DNA from: Cetorhinus maximus | Taxonomy: Eukaryota | Reading direction: 5' to 3' | NCBI RefSeq assembly: GCF_964194155.1 | Contig: NC_135887.1 | Span: 87,048,001 to 87,112,000 of the forward strand | DNA: 64,000 nucleotides | Shown here: positions 23,602 to 37,365 of the stretch, piece by piece | How the letters are laid out: every line of letters starts with the position of its first letter | Numbering within the stretch: the first letter of the stretch is position 1 | The notes under the pieces: model-generated | Database searches by the model: none | The model's input: only the letters and a program-made list of their open reading frames with translations | Told to the model about the DNA's origin: nothing | Position numbers and translations under genes: made by a program

Positions 23602-24959
23602 GTAAGATGTTGCTTTTCATTATGTTGTATCACCCTATCTGATGCTCTGTGGTGTTACTACTGGTAGCTTGAAATTTGGGCACGGTTTTGATGTTTAGTT
23701 GGAACTGTGTTTAATCCCACCTGTCTTTTAAGGCTTATGCTCAGAAATCTGGGGTCATTTTGGATCTAATTGTTATTGTTGAAGTTTCCCCAGATTGGTT
23801 CCTTCCCTTGGGTAGAGTATAGGTTATGTTTGAAGGACACTAGGATTGAATTTCTTTTTTTACACTTTTCCTTTTTAATAAATTGTTGCTAATTTATAAA
23901 GATTCCATTTGAGCCAATTGGGTGCAAGTTTGAAATATGTTTGTGTGTCACAGTGTGATGGTTGCAAATCTGATGCTTTAAGGTGTGATAGATATGCACT
24001 AAATGCAATACTTAATAAAAAATATTAGCAGACTTACATTGTTTATTGCTCATATAAATAGTGATGTCATGCCATGTAACACAGTGGATTATCAGGGCTC
24101 CAGTACAGTATAAGTCAATTTGTGTTTTTGTTACATGTTTTTTCTGTGATTTTTACTAATGTTTTAGGGATCAAATTCCATATCTTTGTCTAATTTTCTG
24201 TTAAAACTGTAATTCAGTGGCTTTGATCATCATTATACATTCCTTAACTAAGTACACAGCTTTCTTTTCCAAAAAGTAAACTTTATTTCAGGAAGTCAGT
24301 TTTATAAATTAATCAAGTTTTTAAGCATCTGACAGTCAAAAGAGGAATGTTTTTTTCAAAAAAAACTTAATTAAATTCTCAGAAGAATACTTTTAATGTT
24401 TTGTGAAGCCATTGTACATTTGATGGCTTCATTGCACAATATCAGCAGGTAGAGTGCATTGATATATCCAAGTTTCTAGACATGAGCATACCTACATTTT
24501 CTAATTTCTGCTAACATATTGATTCACCTACAGCAGGTTTTGAGGCACAATTCACTTCAGTACAGGTGAGCTAGGAAAGGGAAAAATTCCTGCTCCTGAT
24601 CACTATCTAATGACTCCTGTTGCAATGGGTGGATTTGACAGATCAATAGCTCTTTTCCTATTCTTGGTTTTCATATATGAAATAGTGCCCTCTTATATGA
24701 CCACTCGTGAATATATGTATATAAGCAAAACTGGATTAAACTGGTTTCACTTTTGTACCAGACTCTGTGTTGTACACTTGAGTGCTTTTGTTCCAGGAAG
24801 ATATCATAGGCAATGAGGTGGGATACAGATTCCCTAGTCAAACAAATTTGGGTTGGAAAAGCTTCCAGCTAACCAACTGAGGAATTTGAGTGTTCTTTCT
24901 GTGAGAATAGGCTTCAAAATCTGGTTTTAGAGAAAAAGCTGTTGTGCACATGGGTGGAC

Positions 24960-26050
24960 TGACCTTCAAAGACGTCTGCTTCAACAGGAATTATTGGGCA
25001 ACTGGGGGAGTTCAGTGTGACTGAGTGTCTTTATGTGGAGTATTTAGAGATTCTTTTCATTCTAACAATATCCCTGAAGACCCTGATAATCCCTCTGTCA
25101 ACCAAGCAGTGGGAAGAGGAAATGAAAAGATTGACATTTTAGACTGAAGCAGGCCCAGAGGTATATGAGATGCTCAAGAATTCGTTTGTGCCAACAAAAC
25201 CAAAGGACAAGTGACTGGCAAAAATTTTGAGTACTTGAGAGAGCGGCACTACAATTCCAAGCCATTGGAGATTGCAGAAAACTGTCGTTTCAGAGCAAGG
25301 AATGAGTTGCCCAATAAAGACATTGGAAAGTTTATCATGACCTTGAAAAAGCTGCCATTCGTTGTAATTTTGGGGAATTTCAAGAGCGCACTGCAGGAAA
25401 TATTTGAAGTGGTTTAAAAAGTGAATGCATTCGCAGTAAGTTGATGACATTGCCAAACTTAACTTTCAACATAGCTTGCCAAACAGCATTGACATGGCAG
25501 AATGTGACTTGAGAGAAGTTAAAAGTTAACAACTGCCAGTCGTCTGCTGACGTAAATAAGCTGCAGATGAGTAAACAAGAGGCCCCAACAATAGCAGTTG
25601 GTAGTAGCAGTGGTACAACAAAGTCCTGTTACTGGTGCTTAGGCCAACATTGGGCACAGAATTGTCCATTTCTGAAGGCAGAGTGCTACAGCTGCAAAAA
25701 GAAGGGCCTTCTCACCAAGGCATGCTGTAAGAAGGTTAACGGAGAGAATTCTGGCTGGAAGACATGTTAATTGCTGCATGCAAGTATCAAACAGCAGCAG
25801 GTCAATGAGGGGTTGGTTGAGATTCATACGATCAGAAACACAAGGATGTCCAGTGGAAACTCGCACGGCGTCGTGGTCAAAGTAGAATTGGATGGAGCTC
25901 CGCTAAACATGGAACTCAATACTTGCGCATCAGTTAGCGTGATTCCTGAATTGATATATTGTGAAAAATTGAGTCAACATCAGTTGGAAAAAATCACGAA
26001 TACAATTATGTAGTATGGAGGAGAGTTCTGGTCATGTACAATGAGCAATA
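24960..26050 (+). mobile_element. Decayed Gypsy LTR-retrotransposon gag-protease region
   Basis: Gag-like GPEVYEMLKN..P.KPK and HYNSKPLEIAENCRF; zinc knuckles CYWCLGQH..C and CYSCKKKG..C; aspartic protease-like VELDGAPLNMELNTCASVSVI with the catalytic D lost. Confidence 0.8.
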
Positions 26051-26402
26051 TGGATGATTGAAAATGATTGTGTATCGATGGTCTATTGATGCAACTGTGA
26101 ATGGTGTATTGATCATATGGTATTATGAATGGTGTAAGTCAGCTGCTTTTACCAAATATGGTAGGAGAAATCCTGGATACCACATAATCAATAGCTACAT
26201 CCTGAACAACAATTAATAAAGTCTATGGCATGCAGATGTTTGAGTCTAAATTGTTCTGAGGTAACAAAATTACAAGCAGAGTTTAGCAATACAATTAAAA
26301 ATATGCAAACAGCCCAGTAATTTCAATCATCCTTTTCCTGTCTCTTATTGTTAAACTGTACATTTCACATGCCACAGATAATTTTAAGGTGTTACCTTTT
26401 AT

Positions 26403-28330
26403 TGCCGTGATCAAGTATATTTGTATGTGGATCTGTATTTTCTTACCCTCGAGTGATTGAATCAGTTTAAATAACTGCAGCAGGAAGCTTTTGTATTTGA
26501 AAATAAAGAAGGTTAGTTTATTTCTCAAACAGTTGTCCCGGAGATAAACGAAAATGTGACATCGCACTCACATGACTCTCCCACACTATCAGCCACACAC
26601 ACACACAAACTCGATCTTGAAGGTAAAACAGTAATTATAAAAATGGAAATTAACGCATTCGGTGCGGGCCTGACATTTTGTAGTTAATTTGTTGCTTTAG
26701 CTGAAGTGAAGGTCTCAAAAATGTGTTTGTGATGTGTCAGTAGTTGTGATGGTTCCTAGAGTTGATCTGCTTGGAGCTTTTTTTACAGGTAGGTTTGAAG
26801 ATGGAACAGGTTAGAGGAGAGAGAGGCTTAGTTTCTCTTTCAAGATATTGTAGATAGTTACTTTGTTGCTTAACTGGCTGCAGCGGTTGATAGTTTTGCC
26901 TCTCGGGTCCTCTCCTCTCTAATGGAATTCTGTCTACGTCTTTGCAGATGTCTCTGAAAAGTAGTTTGAATTTTCTACTATATCTTTAGCAGGGAGCCAA
27001 AATGGCCACTGTATCATGTGACCTCAAGTCAGTGTTGCGTCATGGTCCCAAATAAGGGATTGTGGTCATTTAATTAAGTGTCTGAAGTCTTTTCCCACTT
27101 GTGTTTTTTTTAGATGGCCAAAGCCTTTTGATTTGACAAGGCAAATTTGGATTTTTACAATGAAGGTCTCACTGGAGTTTTGTTCATATCCTAGCTGAAA
27201 CCACAGTGAGTCAGTATCAGAAAAGGTATCTTTGCCCTCTTGAGAGATATGATGGTTTAATCCACAAAACTATCTGGTAGCTCTGAGGAGCCATCTTAAG
27301 TTTCAGTTTTACTTGTTTTAAAATGTAGTCTTTAAAAATATGTCTTTAAAGATTTATAATACCACCATGTAGGTACTGTGTCATGACAACAGACAGACAG
27401 ACTCAATCATTTTAAACTGTTCTAATTTCCATTTAATCATTCTGAATTGTCCTAACTTTTGACCCTTTGTCTATATAAATGTATAGTTTCATACATGTTA
27501 TCTCTAATCATTGTGTGACATCCTTTATTTACGCCTAACGTAATCAATACAAACAGTAAACCCCCATTAGAACACAACTCAGCAGTTACTCATTACTTAC
27601 CAAAAGTCCATACAAATATTTACAAAGTACAGTTTTTAAAAATCATAGTACAATCATAGCAAGCACTTTGCTCAGTCGAAGTTTAATACCAGCTACTGTC
27701 CTTCTAGTCTATGCCAAATGGCTGAATGCATGAGCAGAATTTGTGTAGAAGCCCTTCTGGATGCAGGTTATCTAGTACAGAAATATTGAGTTCGGGGCTT
27801 GAATTTACGATGTATAGCCTTGCCTTTTTCCATTTTACTACAGCTGATGGTGTTCAGGGCCTCTCTCCATTCCTATTGCCACTCTTTTTTTCTTTAATGG
27901 ATAGCTTAAATCTTGTTTTCTGCTTTTCTCATGTTTTCTGTCTTGTCTTTGGACATGGAGATCAGCACAGTGCACAGTGCATCTGTCTACTGGAGACTGT
28001 TGGTGAGTGTAGGAGAAGTTCCAGAGGGGTTGACTCAAGTTGTAGTTTGTGAAGTATTTCAGGATCTCGGGAGGTGGTATCTCATCATGTTATAGAAGTA
28101 TTAGTTATGCTGGGAGTGCTGAGACCTTTGGCTAATAGGACCTTTTTTGGCCGTTGTTGAGGAGCTGAGCTTGGCTGGTGAATCAACTGGATGTCAGTTG
28201 TTCTGGGAGTTTTTCATTTCTTGTACGGTCGTAGAAGCAGACAACCCTTCCCATCATGTCATGATATAGTACATAGCGAGGATTACAACTGTACCATAAA
28301 GTAGTCCTGACCTGAGGGATCATATCATTC
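26403..28330. mobile_element. Probable LTR and LTR-element internal debris
   Basis: Segment bounded by tgccgtga...tcatgaca (26403-~27387). The adjacent sequence lacks clear motifs and no TSD was confirmed. Confidence 0.3.
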
Positions 28331-28984
28331 CTCCACGCGTGCTAAGATATGAAAAGTAAAGATCAAGAAGATAGTAGGCTTAGAATTCCAACACTGGAGG
28401 CATCAAATAGACTGAAACGACACATATGCTGATCAGTGTGTAACTAAGAGGTATATTATCCATAGATGCTGAAATGCTTCATTAATATACTAGAACTATG
28501 TGTTACGTTTGAAAAAAATAATAGAACTATTGCATCTGTTAAACAGGCTGATAACTGTGCCACTTTTGAAAATTCATTTAGAGAAAGAATCATGAAAGGA
28601 TTTTGAATTTTTTTACTTATTTCGAAGCATGTGAAAACCAAGAACAGGTATTGATTGATCTGTCAAGCCAATATTTACAAAGCCACCTATTCCAGCAGGA
28701 GTCATTAGATAGTGATCAGGAGCAGGAATTTTTCCTTTTCTTAGCTCAATTCCCTTTCCTGTGCTGAGGTGAATTGTGCCCGAAATATGAAACCAGCTAA
28801 GTTAGCACAGACATAACTTGAACCTGAGACCCTCTGTTCTATATGGCTTAGTACTGTATTAGACTATATGGTTGCTTCAGGTATTCCATACAACAAAGTT
28901 GTTTTTGTGTGTGTGACCTTGAATGTAATGGGTCTCCAGAGTTGAGGTGTTAAAGCTGGTTTGATTCTCTGTCCATTTTCCTAG

Positions 28985-29190
28985 GTTTTAAAGGCAACCT
29001 GACTGAAGAGACGGTTCCAATTGTTACTAGCATGGTCCTAACAATTGGAAGTCTGATGCTTTGCCTGTACTTCTTGTTGTGGCAAACCTATGTGCTAAAA
29101 GCAGATGTAATAATCAATGCAATCCTCCTGGTAACCTATGGACTGGAGGGGATGTTGGATATAATTGCTGTTTCAGCTTTTGCCAGGTAA
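28985..29190 (+). CDS. TMEM80: TMEM80 last coding exon
   Basis: Acceptor ccattttcctag|; encodes (G)FKGNLTEETVPIVTSMVLTIGSLMLCLYFLLWQTYVLKADVIINAILLVTYGLEGMLDIIAVSAFAR-stop. GNLTE, FLLWQ and the AF.R end are TMEM80-like. Total CDS is 426 nt. Confidence 0.9.
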
Positions 29191-31382
29191 TTTAATCAAT
29201 TTGCCTTTGATCTAATTTTAAGTCTTGAACTCAATTACATTGATACAGCATTGGAAGCGATAAACTCTCACCTTTTTCCACAAGGACACACCATTTAGGA
29301 GTTTAATGTACCTGTTGGAATCCTCTGACTAGCTCAGTTAGTAAAGGCAGTGTGTAATTGAGCCAGGTTCAGTCCCGCTAATATGTTCATTTCAGTAAGG
29401 GACCTATGAGTGTTAGAGTTGACATCAGCCAGGGTTCCCACTCCTGATCACAATCCTATGATTCCTGGTGGAACTGTACATGCGGCTTAATGTCCTGCAA
29501 ACATTTTAAAATGCAGTTTTTTGTGTGCTTTAGGTAAGGGTGGTGAATAGAAGGCTTCCATTTTGAGCATTCAGTTTCAGGTACAGCATTGTTAGATGAA
29601 GAATATTGTCAAAACTGTTTCACACACAATCCAAGGTTGCATATAGAATGGTTTGATGCAATACTCCTAGGTTATGTATAGAATGGTTAGATGCAGAGTA
29701 AATCCCTCAGTGATCCAATAAACACTTCTAACTCAGCCCAGAAATGTGCTTCAACCTCAGAAGCAAGCATCTCCACCTGTAATATATTCCCATTTCTCAC
29801 ACCAACTATCTGTTGGCCTCTTGGAGCAAAAGTACCAATTTGTACTGAATTAGGTGTAGTTTTGTATTCTGGACATATGTTTACTAGGAATTGGATTGCG
29901 ACCACCCAAACTCATTTTGCACGGAACCCTAATAGGCACCAGACACTGAAGAAACTTATTCCTCATGGACTGGATTAAAACTCATCCCAGAGAGTAACTG
30001 CTCAATCTAACCCACTGATTCACATTGTACTCAATGAGCCAACAATCTCTGTCTTGGATGAGTTGCTAAATAATTATCCAACAGGAGTCAGATGAAATTA
30101 GCAAAAAAATAACTATTGAATAGTTTTTGAAATGAAACTATTGAGGTGGTGCAGTGTTAGACAATATCCTTTCAGTGCTAGGATGTGGAGTTGAATCCAG
30201 CTCAGATTTATAGAATGGCTTTCACATAATAAACTCTTATTTGTCCATATTGACTTCACTTTAAGTTAGCAGAAAGTATTTGACTAGACTCTTGTGCAAA
30301 GGCAGATATATTATAGTATTTATTATCTTGTATTTTGCCCAGGTTCTACACATGATGTGAATGGAATGATGCATCATTTGTTCGGGTCACCAAGACATTC
30401 CCGCCATTTGGAGTTATTTGCAGTTTGTGTCAATAGGATCAAAACTACAATTTTTTTATTAGTTACTTTTTAATTTTGTGGGTAAATGTTTGGTAAGTTT
30501 CTCCTTTGCATTTCTGACCTCTGTTTTATCTGACGCCTGCAGCCAAGAGGATCCACTGGTTGCCTTCATGCTGCTGGTGTTTCTCCCTGTAGTCCATCAT
30601 TAAGAGATGCCAGACACTATCCTGTATTCAGTATTGCTCAGATTGGGAGCTGGGTTGCGCCGGTGGAGTGGGAGTTGAACATGCATCTGCCCAAGCTTTG
30701 TGCTCTGCAATGAATGATGTCATTGTGCTGTCAATTCACTGAAAGGATTTGAGCATGTGATTATTCTTTAATTCAGCCCTGTTTGCGGGGTGGGGGAGGG
30801 GGGAAATGGAATTGCCTGAAAGGAATGTAAGTCCTAAGGATGCTTCAGATCATGAGTTGTAGCAGTTTGATATTATTTGTATCAAAATAAAAGCATTTAT
30901 ATTGAACACATCTGGATTTAATTCTGGCTGTTGTAGAGTACGATGCACTTTTTCCAGATATTAACCAATGGGAGGGATGCAGTAGTAATTACATGGAAAT
31001 TTTGTGCTAAGTGCCACTTGAACTGTGGAAAAACACCCAGCAATCCAATTTTAGATTCCATATATTCAAACCTGGATTTTAACCAGGTGAAGCACTGTTA
31101 ACTATGCTAGTTGTGGGGGAGTAATTTGAGATGATAAGTTAAACAGATTTCCCTAATTGGTACTGCCACACTAAATAAACTTACTAAAATATTGCTGTGA
31201 CATTCCAGCAGATTTCAGGTAGGCACAATTAAAGAATCAGTGATCACTGTCGACTTTTATATGCAAGCACTTTTTTCCCTCAATTTTTCAGTTATGCATT
31301 TCTGTTGGCAGCAAAGGTCTTTTAGTACCTTGAACAAGCCTTCGTAAGCACTTTGACACAAACGTGACAGGCTATTCAAGTA

Positions 31383-33278
31383 CTGTAAGTCCCTGTTTAA
31401 GTTGTCCCACTTTAAGTTTGCTTTAAAATCGTGCTGTTTTTCGAGCCAGTCGTCTTGATTTACGTCATAAATTGCGATTTATTGTCGTAGCGAGTCATTT
31501 TGCACACCTTTTTGCACTGTTGCACATAATCATGGCACATCATCTTGTGATGCTGGGTTCCATGACCCGATCGACACCGTTCTAAAGTGATTGTGATCGG
31601 AGGTGTTTGTTTGTACTTGAGGGAACTGCGATTTAAACAAAACTCTGAAGCAAAGTTCTCAAAGAAGAATATCTAAACCAACATTTTTTTTTGCAAGGAA
31701 GTAGTTGAAGGCTGGCCTGCTAATTTCTCTGCAGAAAAGGCCCATTTCTTGACTCTGCAAGGTGATTTTTGGAGTCCCAAATATGTCTGTTGTGGAGCTT
31801 TACATTGAGTGAGGTAGCGAGACCATTTTTAAGTCTGCTAGAGAGGCATTTGCTACTGTACACATCAATTGCTCTCCTTGTCTCAGGATTTGTTTGGGTG
31901 AAGAATACAGGTGACACAATCACATTGCAAGATCCTGACTGCAATTTTCTGATTAATTTTGGAGTCCCAAATTTGGCCCTTGGCCTTTGTTCAACTCTGC
32001 AGCAGGTGAGGCAGAAAGGCTGTTCCGGGCTGAATATTGAATTCAACAACTTTAGATCTTAAACTCCCTCCCCCATCCCCACCCCCATTTCCGTTTCTTC
32101 CCCCTCCCTTTTGTTTTTTCCAATAATTTATATAGATTTTTCTTTTCCCACCTATTTCCATTATTTTTAAATCTATAACTATAATACCCTGTCAGTCTTT
32201 CCACCCCACCCCCACTAGAGCTATACTTTGAGTGTCCTGCCATCCATTCTTAATTAGCACATTCTCTTAGATAATATCACCACCTTTAACACCTCCCTGT
32301 TCCTTTGTCTGTAACATCTTTTGATTATCTGCTCCTATCACTGCTTGCTTGTCCCTACAACCCCGCCCCCCCCACCCCCAACTTCTCTCCCCCACCCCCA
32401 CCCCGACCTTAAACCAGCTTATATTTCACCCCTTTCCTAACTTCACTCAGTTCTGCTGAAGGGTCATGAGGACTCGAAACGTCAACTCTTTTCTTCTCCG
32501 CCGATGCTGCCAGACCTGCTGAGTTTTTCCAGGTAATTCTGTTTTTGTTCGGGAGAAGATTCATTTGGGAAGGCACTGAACACAGACTTTGTCAGGAACA
32601 TGTGGAGTTGAAGTCAAGGCGGCGGTGAGAATGCAAAAACCTCCAAACAACTCATCTCACTGACCATCCAAGAAACAGCTGCCCTACATGTGGTAGAGTC
32701 TGTGGATCCCATATTGGACTTGAAAATCGTCTCAAAACCCATCGAACCAGAGTGGAAGCAAGTCATCCCCAAACCCAAGGGATTGACTAAGAAGAAAGAG
32801 AGAATGCTGAGTGTTAACTAATTTGAATTTATATTGTATTTCTTTAATATTTAGTGATTTATTTTATTTTGGAAGTTATTTCAGCTAGGAATGAACAGTA
32901 CTGCCTATGTACTGTGCAGTATTTCAACTTGTGCATTGGGCAAGAATTGTCTGAAGGAACCTAACTCTGGTTTTAACATTCTTATGATTCCTATGGAACC
33001 TGTGATTCACTTGAAGTTGGTTAACTTAAAGTTGCAATCTTTTTTTTAATTCATTATGGAATGTGGGCGTCACTGGCTAGGCGAGTATTTATTGCCACTG
33101 AGAAGGTGGTGGTGAGCTGCCGCATTGAACTGCTGCAGTCCACGTGGTGGAGGGAGGGAGTTCCAGGAATTTGACCCAGTAACAGTGAAGGAATGACAGT
33201 ATATTTCCAAATCAGGATGGTGAATGGCTTGGAGTGGAACTTCCAAGAGCGACTATAACTTTAAGTGAGGAGTTACTG
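31383..33278. mobile_element. Old pogo/Tigger-like DNA transposon remnant with nested insertions
   Basis: Imperfect TIRs (ta)ctgtaagtccctgtttaagtt ... aactttaagtgaggagttactg. Interrupted by a Penelope piece and a family-B tail (33050-33245). Confidence 0.4.
32020..32550 (+). mobile_element. Penelope-like 3' fragment
   Basis: SGLNIEFNNFRS-stop followed by the same C-rich UTR and terminal repeat as 19820-20360. Confidence 0.8.
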
Positions 33279-33829
33279 TGTGATCGACACGATCCTCTTT
33301 GCGCTCTGAATTTCATAAGTGATCAAATGCAAGGGATCTAAACACTAGCTTTCCTTGTTCGCCCTCATCGCATTTAAAAAGTACTTGGATATGCACTTGA
33401 AGTATCGCAACCTACAAGCTTGCACACCAAGAGCTGGAAAGTAGGATTAGGCTGTATAGCTCTTTATTGGCCAGCACAGACAATAATGAGCTGAATGGCC
33501 TCCTTTCATGCCATAAACTTTTGATTCTATAAGTAAGTTTTGACAAAATGATGGGGGAAGGGGGTGGCATTGCTGAAACCCATCATAATCCTCTGCTGAG
33601 ATCAGCTAACACTCCTCAGAACACAGGGTGATCCTGAGTAACTCAGTCCAATGCCATCCACATGCTGCACCAAATCACCAAATTACTTTTGATAGAGGGA
33701 GTGGGATTAGGTGGATTGCTCTTGCAGAGAGCTGGCATAGACATGACAGGCTGAATGATCTCCCTCTGTGCTGTAACCATTCAGTGATTCTATAAAACAG
33801 ATAAGACCATTGTTCAGAAAACAAGCTTA

Positions 33830-33835
33830 TTTATT
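33830..33835 (-). terminator. Candidate SDHAF2 polyadenylation signal AATAAA
   Basis: tttatt on the + strand, about 335 nt downstream of the SDHAF2 stop. Confidence 0.4.
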
Positions 33836-34170
33836 TTCAAAGCATCAACTTAAATCCTTTACTTTTTCTATACAAGACCATATATAGTTCAATTTCAGTG
33901 ACAGATGTTGACAGAAGCAAATCAGTTCTGACACAGAACTATTCATATTTCAGAGCTGGCACTTTGCTGGATAAGATCCCATCGGCTCAGCTCCTATACA
34001 CAAACAGATAGTGATTCATTCACTTCAAAAATAGCCAGTGCTACCTCAGCCATTTTTAATGGTAATAAACTAGTTAATATTTGAACTTCCAAGTTTATGT
34101 TTAGTTTTACTCAAGTGATCTAGAGTAAAAGTCTTGTCAGCAGACATTTTATGAGCAAAATAATTCAATT

Positions 34171-34301
34171 TTAATTTTTGTTCTCAAAGAGATAATCAAG
34201 AGCAGGCTGCCCTATCCTCTGCTCCATGTTGCGATTTTTGGTGAATTCCTTCAGCAAGGTCATTACTTCATTATCAAATTCTGGAGGAGTTGGCTTGGTT
34301 T
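34171..34301 (-). CDS. SDHAF2: SDHAF2 exon 4
   Basis: Acceptor ..catccaaacag|; encodes (E)TKPTPPEFDNEVMTLLKEFTKNRNMEQRIGQPALDYLFENKN-stop. Confidence 0.93.
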
Positions 34302-35249
34302 CTGTTTGGATGAAGATGATAAAAACAAAGGTCACAATCCACGGTGTGTCTAAGCTCCAGATTGACTACAAGACTATAGACTGATCCCAATACCCTCTTC
34401 AACCCAGAAACAGCACAATTCCCACCTAAAGATTAAATTCTGAAAATAAATTTAATTTGGGTTATGTGTACAGTGTGGATTTCCTCCCTTTCCTGATGGC
34501 TTGTCTTTTGGGATACAACTTCATGATCTTCAACAGGCCTTCAGCATCTGAGAAAAACTGTTTTACTTCATATGTGAGTTTAGACAATGGGTATCTACTT
34601 GACTGAGCTGATTGAGGACCCCCATCAACATCTTCAGGAATCACTGGATAATAATCAAACGTAAATTGCTTATACAAGGTCCTGGAAAAAAGTTATAAAA
34701 CAAGCTGCAGGTTCAAGCACAAAACACTGCAACAGTAATGGATGTTTTCCTCCCTCAACTTCCCTAATGACTGATTTTTATGTTGCACCCAGAAAGAACA
34801 CAGTTTGATCCGCAGCATGCGCTGAATTAGCTGATCTCAACTGGTATAGTGGGAGAACTGTTACAATTTGCTTCAGTGCCAGTAAGGAGTTCCTGCTCTT
34901 TGGCACTATGTCTTGTTCTTAAGTGTGCATATCAACAGCGGTATCCTTAGTCAGTTTTTCCCTCCTAAGGGCTGAGACAGTGAGACTAATTATAATGCTC
35001 TAATTTATGCCCCAGTTATCAGCTAACAGTGCTGTACAGACAGATGTTGCTGTTCTGTAAATGTTGGTACAACAACATGCCACATTTATCCACTGAACCA
35101 TTAGAGGTTGGGAATTACTTTTTTGGGGTAAGTTAAAATGAAAAAGAAATTCAGAAACCAACTATTTACCATGCAACAATTGGTTACCTTCTAATCAGAA
35201 GTTGGGGAATAGGGCAGGGAAGAGGGAGCATTGTTGGATCTGTACATAC

Positions 35250-35359
35250 CTGTAATCCAGTAGTAAATGTCCCAGTCATTGCTTGGTTGATTTATCAGTT
35301 TATCGTACAAGCTCAGCTGCTTCTCTGTCATTTTATTTAGATATTTTTTGGCAAAGAAA
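35250..35359 (-). CDS. SDHAF2: SDHAF2 exon 3 (110 nt)
   Basis: Acceptor tcttatttcag|; encodes [36 protein letters not shown]; donor G|gtatgt. Sdh5-family signature. Confidence 0.95.
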
Positions 35360-36001
35360 CTGAAATAAGAAAGTTATCAGGCATAATACATTATAATCAA
35401 ATATATTGTTTTTATTTCTAGCTGAATGACTCATTGGCCAGTGTACCATGCAGCAAGTTACTTAGCCAGAGTCATCAGAACAGGGGTTATCGATCTGTAA
35501 TGTTAACTCTGTTTCTCTCCACAGTTGTTGCCTGATCTGCTGAATATTTCCAGCATTTCCTGTTTTTATTTCACATTTAGGCAATTTGTTCTCATTCAGT
35601 GTCATACATCTGTGGTTAATTTTGGCAAGCATGGGGACTATTTTCTAACTAGCATATTTTGCATTAGTACCAGTATAAAATATTTTGATGAAAGGTTGCG
35701 ACCTTAAACATTAACTGTTTCTCCACAGATGCTGCCAGGCTTGCTGAGTATTTCCATCATTTTATGTTTTTATATTAAGTATTCTCAAATTAGGTGAAAT
35801 GCAGAGCAAAGCTCCCTCTACACTGTCCCAAATAGCATTCTCTGTTCAGAACTAGATGGGGAATAATACCTAATTAGGCAAAGTGCCACCAGAAACATGA
35901 GGGGAAAAAAGCAGTACAACCATGTAACAATGTCTTTGCCAGAGAGTTAAATGCTAAAGCAGATGATAACTCCGATCTTCAAATCCAAAGTCCACTTTTA
36001 C

Positions 36002-36222
36002 CTCAGTATGATGCAGTTCTCTAGCATTCCCCGCTTGCGGCTCTCGTACAGCAGGCGTGCTCGCTTTGTATCTACTGGCTCATTGGTTCGCTCTTCCCAC
36101 GGAGGAAGCAGTATCTGAAAAATGTCTTTCATTTCATCATCAGGAGTATCTCCACGATACGCGCGGACAGAGCAAGCACCAAGTATGGTACGTATAAGGC
36201 TTTGTCTGGACTGGCTCAGAAC
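36002..36222 (-). CDS. SDHAF2: SDHAF2 exon 2 (221 nt)
   Basis: Acceptor ccctctgcag|; encodes [51 protein letters not shown]; donor AG|gtaaaa. Contains the RGxxE motif of Sdh5/SdhE. Confidence 0.96.
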
Positions 36223-36554
36223 CTGCAGAGGGACAAGATGGATTTTCTGTCAAGCCTCAGCATATTAATCCCTTCCTGACCAATTACATATCTCTTGGTT
36301 TTCAACTTCTGAGTGTCAAATAAACTGAAATCAGAGCCTAATATCAGTCAAAAATTTTCACTATAATAATTTTTGTCCAAGTTACCATGAGGCATTGAAT
36401 AGTTTGACTGATGGAGCACAAATAATACAATGAGTCACCGACAAATGGTGATACAGTGGCTGAAGTTTCAGCCACCAATGGTAGAGTGGAGGGTGAACAC
36501 ATAGTAGATCATAACTGGACAAGTGAGTATGTAGCTTTAGATCATATAATTTTA

Positions 36555-37365
36555 TGGAAATCAACCTGGAAAAGTGTGAGGTAATGCATTTGGGGAAGGC
36601 AAACAAAGCAAGGGAATACTCAATAAATGGGAATTTTATTGAGAGGGGTTGAGGAAGTGAGAGACCTTGGAGTGCATGTCCACAGGTCCTTGAAGGTAGG
36701 AGGACAGGTGGACAAGAAAGCATATGGAATGCTTTCCTTCATTGGGCAAGGTATTGAATACAAAAGCAGGGATGTAATGATGGAACTGTATAAAACGCTG
36801 GTTAGGCCACAACTGGAATTTTGTGTACAGTTCTGGTCACTACATTACAGGAAGGACATAATTGCTCTGGAGAGAGTGCAGAGAAGATTTACAAGAATGT
36901 TGCTAGGGCTTGAAAATTGCAGCTATGAGGAGAGATTGGATAGGATAAGGTTGTTTTCCCTAGAACAGAGGAGGCTAAGGGGTGACCTAATTGAGGTCTA
37001 CAGAATTATGAGGGGCATAGATAAGGGAGACTGGAAAGACTTGTTTCCCCTAGCTGAGGGGTCAATTACCAGGGGACATAGATTTAGGGTGATTGGTCGT
37101 AGGATTAGAGGGAACATGAGGAAAAATGTTTCACCCAGAGGGCGGTGGGCACCTGGAATTCACTATCTCAGTTGGTGGTTGAGGCTGAAACGCTCAATGA
37201 ATTTAAAAGGAACCTGGATCTGCATCTGAAGTGCTGTAATCTGCAAAGCTACAGATTAGATGCTGGAAAGTGGGGATTAAAATAAGCGGCTAGTTTCTTT
37301 TTCATTTTTGGCTGGTGCAGACACGATGGGCTGAACGACCTCTTTCTGCACCATAACCATTCTAT
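36555..37365 (+). mobile_element. CR1 LINE 3' fragment (antisense within SDHAF2 intron 1)
   Basis: KCEVMHLG..RDLGVHV..LYKTLVRPQLEFCVQFWS..LERVQRRFTRM..RRLRGDLIEVY. Confidence 0.9.

Noticed and set aside
24240-24252. Second TTCCTTAAC U12-like branch motif
   Set aside because: No matching U12 donor in this intron (the donor at 23602 is U2 GTAAGA), and no coding exon follows.
24960-26050. Possible domesticated gag gene
   Set aside because: Multiple stops and frameshifts and loss of the protease catalytic Asp indicate neutral decay.
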